Assembly: GCF_000829315.1 (NCBI RefSeq)
Contig: NZ_AP013028.1
Coordinates: forward strand, 1,218,061-1,250,060
Length of the DNA: 32,000 nucleotides
Origin: Wolbachia endosymbiont of Cimex lectularius
Lineage (GTDB): Bacteria > Pseudomonadota > Alphaproteobacteria > Rickettsiales > Anaplasmataceae
Direction of reading: 5' to 3'
Shown piece after piece: positions 27,641 through 32,000 of the stretch. The notes beneath the pieces were generated by a model. It did not search any database. It saw nothing but the letters and a program-made list of their open reading frames with translations, and had not been told where the DNA came from. Numbering within the stretch: position 1 is the first letter of the stretch; every line of letters begins with the position of its first letter. Position numbers and translations under genes: made by a program.

Positions 27641-27921
27641 GGGTGTCATGCCAGTGCTTGACACTGGCATCCAGGAATTTTATTAAGTTAGTGAGTATAA
27701 AAGTAGCTGTTTTATGTTAAAATACGACGTTTTTGATAATTATGGAAAGGCTGGATCCCAGTATCAAGTACTGGGATGACAAAAAAAGGGGCTACTCGGA
27801 TGACAAGAAAAGGAGTGCTGAGATGACAAGAAGATGGCACTGGTATGATAAGAAATGTGCTACTTTCATGACACTCTTCCAGTGAGGGTTGCTCTTAAAC
27901 TATAATGTTCGTACAGTTGTG
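27641..27921. repeat. palindromic-repeat cluster with a ~21-bp half-unit array and one MITE-type terminal repeat
   Basis: gggtgtcatgccagtgcttgacactggcatccagg at 27641-27675 and ctggatcccagtatcaagtactgggatgaca at 27751-27781. Five ...atgac(a)aga... half-units follow to ~27880. aatgttcgtacagttgtg lies at 27904-27921. Confidence 0.75.
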
Positions 27922-28061
27922 GGCTAAAAAACCATTCAAACAATAGTTTAGAGAGTTACTCAAACCTAGAAATCAGATCTTAGCCAACCAGCTCAGAGAA
28001 TTACTCCTTGTCATTTGTAGTGTACTGCATTAATATTTACGTGTTAATCCAGAAGATATTG

Positions 28062-29369
28062 ATGAATAATATTATAATTGTTGGTCTACAGTGGGGCGAT
28101 GAAGGAAAGGGTAAAATAGTAGATTATCTTTCTGAGAACGCAGACGTAGTCGTAAGATTTCAGGGGGGAAATAATGCAGGGCATACTATAGTAATAGATG
28201 ATGAGGTTTATAAATTAAATTTGCTACCTTCCGCTGTTTTAAGGACGGGCAAAATATCTGTTATAGGAAACGGTGTTGCTCTTGATTCACATGCTCTAAT
28301 CTCAGAAATAGAGTCATTAAAAACTAGAGGAATAGATATCAACCCGAGCAATTTGATTGTCTCTGAAAGCTGCTCATTGATACTTAATGTACATAAGGAC
28401 AAGGAAAAATTATTTGAAGATTTAAACGGGAATCACAAAATTGGCACAACAAACAAAGGAATAGGGCCGTGTTATGAAGATAAAGTTGGAAGAAGAGCTA
28501 TACGCCTTTGTGACTTAGAAAACGCAGATGAGCTCAATAATAGAGTGGATACTCTTCTGAATTATCACAATGCTATCAGGAAAAGCCTAAACTTTCAGGT
28601 AGTAAAAAAAGAAGAAATGTTAAAGGAAATTGAAGAGATCGCAAAAAAAATTCTTCCATACAAAAAGCCAGTGTGGAAAATATTGAACGATCTTGCAAGA
28701 GAAGGTAAGAAAATAATATTTGAAGGCGCCCAAGGCACATTTTTAGATATCGACCATGGGACATACCCTTTCGTTACTTCAAGCAATACCGTAGCATCAC
28801 AAGCAATAACAGGCTCGGGATTGTTTTCCAATGCCTATGTTATCGGTGTAGCAAAAGCTTATACAACAAGAGTAGGCAACGGTCCATTCCCTACTGAGCA
28901 GAAAAATGAAGTGGGAGATAGCTTATTTGCTATAGGCAAGGAGCTTGGAACAGTGAGTAATAGAAGAAGACGCTGCGGTTGGTTTGATGCAGTTTTAGTG
29001 CGCCAGGCAGTGCAACTTTCTGGAGTTTCAAGTATTGTATTAACTAAACTAGATATTCTTGACTCTTTTGACACAGTTAAAATATGTACTGGTTATAAGT
29101 GCAGTGGAAGAATATACGATTATCTGCCTGCATCACATTCAATACAAGGAGAATTGGAGCCGATATATGAGGAATTTCCTGGTTGGAAAGAAAACACTCA
29201 AGGCAAAAGGTCGGTTGAGGAGTTGCCTGCAAATTTGATGAGATATGTGAGAAAAATAGAAGAATTAATAGGTGTACCAATTTATCTAATTTCAACTAGT
29301 CCAAAGAGGGAGGACGTTATAGAACTTAAAGATTTTAAGTTTTCTGAAAGTATTTTTGCATCTTATTAA
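28062..29369 (+). CDS. purA: adenylosuccinate synthetase
   Basis: Has GLQWGDEGKGKIVD, GGNNAGHT, TTNKGIGPCYEDK and GAQGTFLDIDHGTYPFVTSSN. ATG 28062 gives the canonical N-terminus MNNIIIVGLQWGDEGKG. The track's upstream extension (28008) is hydrophobic and atypical. Confidence 0.93.
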   Translation: MNNIIIVGLQWGDEGKGKIVDYLSENADVVVRFQGGNNAGHTIVIDDEVYKLNLLPSAVLRTGKISVIGNGVALDSHALISEIESLKTRGIDINPSNLIVSESCSLILNVHKDKEKLFEDLNGNHKIGTTNKGIGPCYEDKVGRRAIRLCDLENADELNNRVDTLLNYHNAIRKSLNFQVVKKEEMLKEIEEIAKKILPYKKPVWKILNDLAREGKKIIFEGAQGTFLDIDHGTYPFVTSSNTVASQAITGSGLFSNAYVIGVAKAYTTRVGNGPFPTEQKNEVGDSLFAIGKELGTVSNRRRRCGWFDAVLVRQAVQLSGVSSIVLTKLDILDSFDTVKICTGYKCSGRIYDYLPASHSIQGELEPIYEEFPGWKENTQGKRSVEELPANLMRYVRKIEELIGVPIYLISTSPKREDVIELKDFKFSESIFASY

Positions 29370-29699
29370 CTGTTATCCAATAAAAAACGCTTATTTAGCG
29401 AAAAAAACACTTGCGCGGCTTTAAACATTAACCTATTATGCAAAACAGCTTTGCATAATGATGTATGGTGAAGGTAAATTCAGTGTATGACGAAAGCAAA
29501 AAGTTGAGCTCAAGTCTAACGCTTACAGTTATTTTCAACATTTCATTGTCAAGGTTTGTGTAGAGGAAGCTGTTAGCTTAAAATTTTTTTAAGAATATAT
29601 TAATTAAAATAGTGTAAATGTAGTGGAGGTGATACGTTTGATGCAATTAAAAGTTATTTTGTAAGTTTTTTTAAAGAAAACAAAGCAAAAGATTATCTT

Positions 29700-29891
29700 G
29701 TGAGTCTTTTTAAAGGAAGTAGAGCAAAGCATAAAGGGGAAAAAGTTTTCCTTACAATAAATGGATTGTGTAGTTTATATCACAAGGTGTTTCATTTAAA
29801 GAATAGCGAGAAGGTAAAGAACTTCACAGTTGATAGAGTGCTACCTTTGCTTGAGTCTTTCAAGGATGATATCAATAATTTAGAGAATTGA
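29700..29891 (+). pseudogene. small ORF, possibly a fragment of a decayed orphan gene
   Basis: GTG start only, and the frame is open from 29613 without an ATG. The next ORF follows 10 nt later in another frame. Confidence 0.3.
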
Positions 29892-29901
29892 GAGCCCCGC
29901 T

Positions 29902-30759
29902 ATGATGAAACTCCTTTGCTCAACTCCAGAATACGAAGAATTGCATGAAGATTTGAAAGAATTAAGTGATCTTGCCAGAAAGTGTGACTACGTACCTGGT
30001 TCCGAAAGCTACAAAGAATTTTGCTCTCTAGTAAGTGAGGTAGTACAAGGTTTTAAGCTACCAAATTTAAAAGACAAGATAAAATTCTTAGGGCTTCTCA
30101 AAGTAACAAAAAACCTCACAGCTACACGTAAGGCTTATAATGATGATTGGTTTTTTTGTGATGTAATAAACGATAAAGATTTTTAAGAGTACGTAAATGA
30201 AGCAGTAGGTGAAGAGGATGGACCTACTAGTAAGGACTTGAAGAAAGATATAGATAAATGTAGAGGGTTGATAAGGCAAGGAGAGGATATTGCAAGTAAG
30301 TATTTTAGAAAGAAAGAAGTAATTTTTCAAGCTTACTGTGAAGAAACTGAAGATGATAATAAGATTTTGAATGTAAATCTTATTAATTATGATAAAAGCA
30401 AGCCAATTAGAATTAGTGATATTTTACGGCAAGAGGAAGATGTTGATAAATTGGATATCTATTGTAGGTGGAAACGTGAAGTACGCGCTTTTCGGGGTGA
30501 GAATAATGAGAGACACTATAGATTTGAAAAAGGTGCGCATTATGAGATGACAAGCACCTGGTCTGTAGAAGATGAGTCTGGGAACACCTCAACTTGTACC
30601 ATGGTTATGGATGTGAGCAATAATAGTATAACTAAAATAGTGAAATTTAATGGTGAAAATTTTGAATCGCCATCGAAAGAATTTTTGGAACTAAGAGGCA
30701 GAATGAGGAATTATACATTCAAGGTTCGTCCTTATGTGATGCAGTGGAGGAATTCTTAG
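29902..30759 (+). pseudogene. orphan gene interrupted by an in-frame TAA
   Basis: ORFs 29902-30186 and 30238-30759 share one frame. The only stop between them is TAA at 30184-30186, and the intervening codons (EYVNEAVGEEDGPTSKD) are open. Confidence 0.5.
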
Positions 30760-31202
30760 AAATGCAGCGTAATAGAGAAGATATAATACGAAAAGGAGAG
30801 GATGGAAAGCATGACTCTTCATTGCCTGACGTTGTTGCTGGCAGTAGCTCTACTCCTTCTACTAACAACAATGCACCAGAGTCTACTGAAGAAGCTGCAA
30901 CTCACACAGGAGGTAATCCACTCCTAGATAATGACGAATTTTTTGATTGCACAGAAGATCTTAAGGGTGTTGTCGAAGGTGATAGGATTGACAGTCATGC
31001 TGCAGTTTCCCAGTTCCTACTACGCCTACTACCATGTCAAGGGAAAGGGACACATATCGTCTGCCTGGGTCCTAGCTGTGGCATATACCTTGAGCTAACA
31101 TGGTTAGAGCTTATACCAAACTCTCCATCTTATATTGAGGGTCAGATGCAACACCATATACTCTGTTTGGTGGGGCAATTTTGTTCTTTATGCCAAAGGT
31201 GA
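30744..31202 (+). CDS. hypothetical acidic protein or frameshifted continuation of the preceding orphan gene
   Basis: It overlaps the end of the previous ORF by 16 nt in another frame. The first ~85 aa look protein-like (acidic, Ser/Thr-rich). The last ~60 aa are Cys/Leu-rich and overlap the convergent GS-like gene by 92 nt. Confidence 0.35.
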   Translation: MEEFLEMQRNREDIIRKGEDGKHDSSLPDVVAGSSSTPSTNNNAPESTEEAATHTGGNPLLDNDEFFDCTEDLKGVVEGDRIDSHAAVSQFLLRLLPCQGKGTHIVCLGPSCGIYLELTWLELIPNSPSYIEGQMQHHILCLVGQFCSLCQR

Positions 31203-31839
31203 TACCTTCGGTTATTGCTGCAAGCACTTTTTCAAGGTTGCAGTCTGCTCCAGGGACGCGGTGTTCTAGGCGGCATTTATCGCCGGAATTGAGTATTCTT
31301 ATTGCAGCAGTTCTATTATTCACGCCCCAACTAACTGTGGTTGGGGTATGAATGTCTGGATATTGAAACCTGAGGTATGAATCATCATTTGGGGCAAAAA
31401 ATAACATGTGTTTTTTCATCATAGCGCATAATCCACCAATACTATGAATCAAGTAATCACTATACTTTTGTTCGCTACGGTAAAATAAGTTGCTGTTGTT
31501 TGAATCCACTAAATTGACATGCACGTTTAATGCACTGCCTGCTCTATCTAAGTAGGGTTTTGCTTTAAAGGAAGCATTCCCACCAAGTTTTTGTGCTGTT
31601 TCAGTAATTAATTCTTTTACTAATTCAAAATGCTCGATTAAGTTATTAGAATTGGTGTAACAACCACTTTTTATCTCATATTGATGTATGGAACTCTCTT
31701 TCTCGCAGAAAAATCCAAGTGAAGCTATTCTATTTTTAATATTACTAAGAAATAAATGCTCTTTTTCTATTTCTTCAATGTAAAATTCTAGCTCAATACC
31801 GAGTTTAGTATGACAACTTAAACCACTTAATATGATCAT
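31111..31839 (-). CDS. glutamine synthetase-like protein, catalytic-domain-only (truncated)
   Basis: GS catalytic motifs IELEFY, KPYLDRAGSALNVHVNL, NNRTAAIRI and RLEHRVPGADCN. It is only 242 aa and has no N-terminal beta-grasp domain. Confidence 0.8.
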   Translation of the reverse strand: MIILSGLSCHTKLGIELEFYIEEIEKEHLFLSNIKNRIASLGFFCEKESSIHQYEIKSGCYTNSNNLIEHFELVKELITETAQKLGGNASFKAKPYLDRAGSALNVHVNLVDSNNSNLFYRSEQKYSDYLIHSIGGLCAMMKKHMLFFAPNDDSYLRFQYPDIHTPTTVSWGVNNRTAAIRILNSGDKCRLEHRVPGADCNLEKVLAAITEGITFGIKNKIAPPNRVYGVASDPQYKMESLV

Positions 31840-32000
31840 AGATTTGCTTCAGTAAGTTTATATTAGGTTAGTTATATTTATATGAGCACTTTACTTTTTT
31901 GCCAATAAATTTAATATCTTATTTGTACATAATACATTATTATTTTTTTAGCACGCTGCTAATCCTTAACGCAAGCGAAGTTTTATTTGTTGAAAGAAAA

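Noticed and set aside
28008-28061. 18-codon N-terminal extension of purA in the ORF track
   Set aside because: The extension (MSFVVYCINIYVLIQKIL) is atypical for PurA. ATG 28062 gives the canonical N-terminus a few residues before the GDEGKGK P-loop.
29435-29459. Perfect 10-bp hairpin (attatgcaaa-acagc-tttgcataat) 65 nt downstream of purA as an intrinsic terminator
   Set aside because: The stem is AT-rich and is not followed by a T tract, so the evidence for a terminator is weak.

Overview
AT-rich 32-kb window that reads like the chromosome of a Wolbachia-type endosymbiont (Anaplasmataceae, Rickettsiales). This assignment rests on my recognition of gene content and repeat families; no search was run. 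Housekeeping genes: miaB (5' partial), ileS, alaS, dnaE, rpsF-rpsR-rplI, nuoG-nuoH preceded by a small ORF, purA, and a truncated glutamine-synthetase-like gene. Accessory content between them: (i) an IS5-family insertion sequence abutted by an inverted 200-bp copy of its own left end, sitting in a decaying membrane/coiled-coil gene; (ii) a ~30-bp palindromic repeat family (RPE/WPE-like) translated in frame inside ileS (twice), alaS and dnaE and clustered in intergenic DNA; (iii) a 229-bp MITE-like element with 19-bp terminal inverted repeats and a 9-bp target duplication, inserted in the loop of one such palindrome; (iv) a ~0.5-0.8 kb noncoding module in three copies, two of them near-identical and inverted, bracketing ~13.7 kb, each ending 80-90 nt upstream of a gene start; (v) an orphan-gene island (18.5-23.7 kb), including a two-gene unit whose 618-aa product switches to a GC-richer Ser/Pro-rich tail; (vi) a ribosomal protein S6 gene with a ~140-codon internal insertion; (vii) a second decayed orphan locus (29.7-31.2 kb). 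No rRNA, tRNA or CRISPR array was recognised. All homology statements are by-eye motif recognition and need database confirmation.
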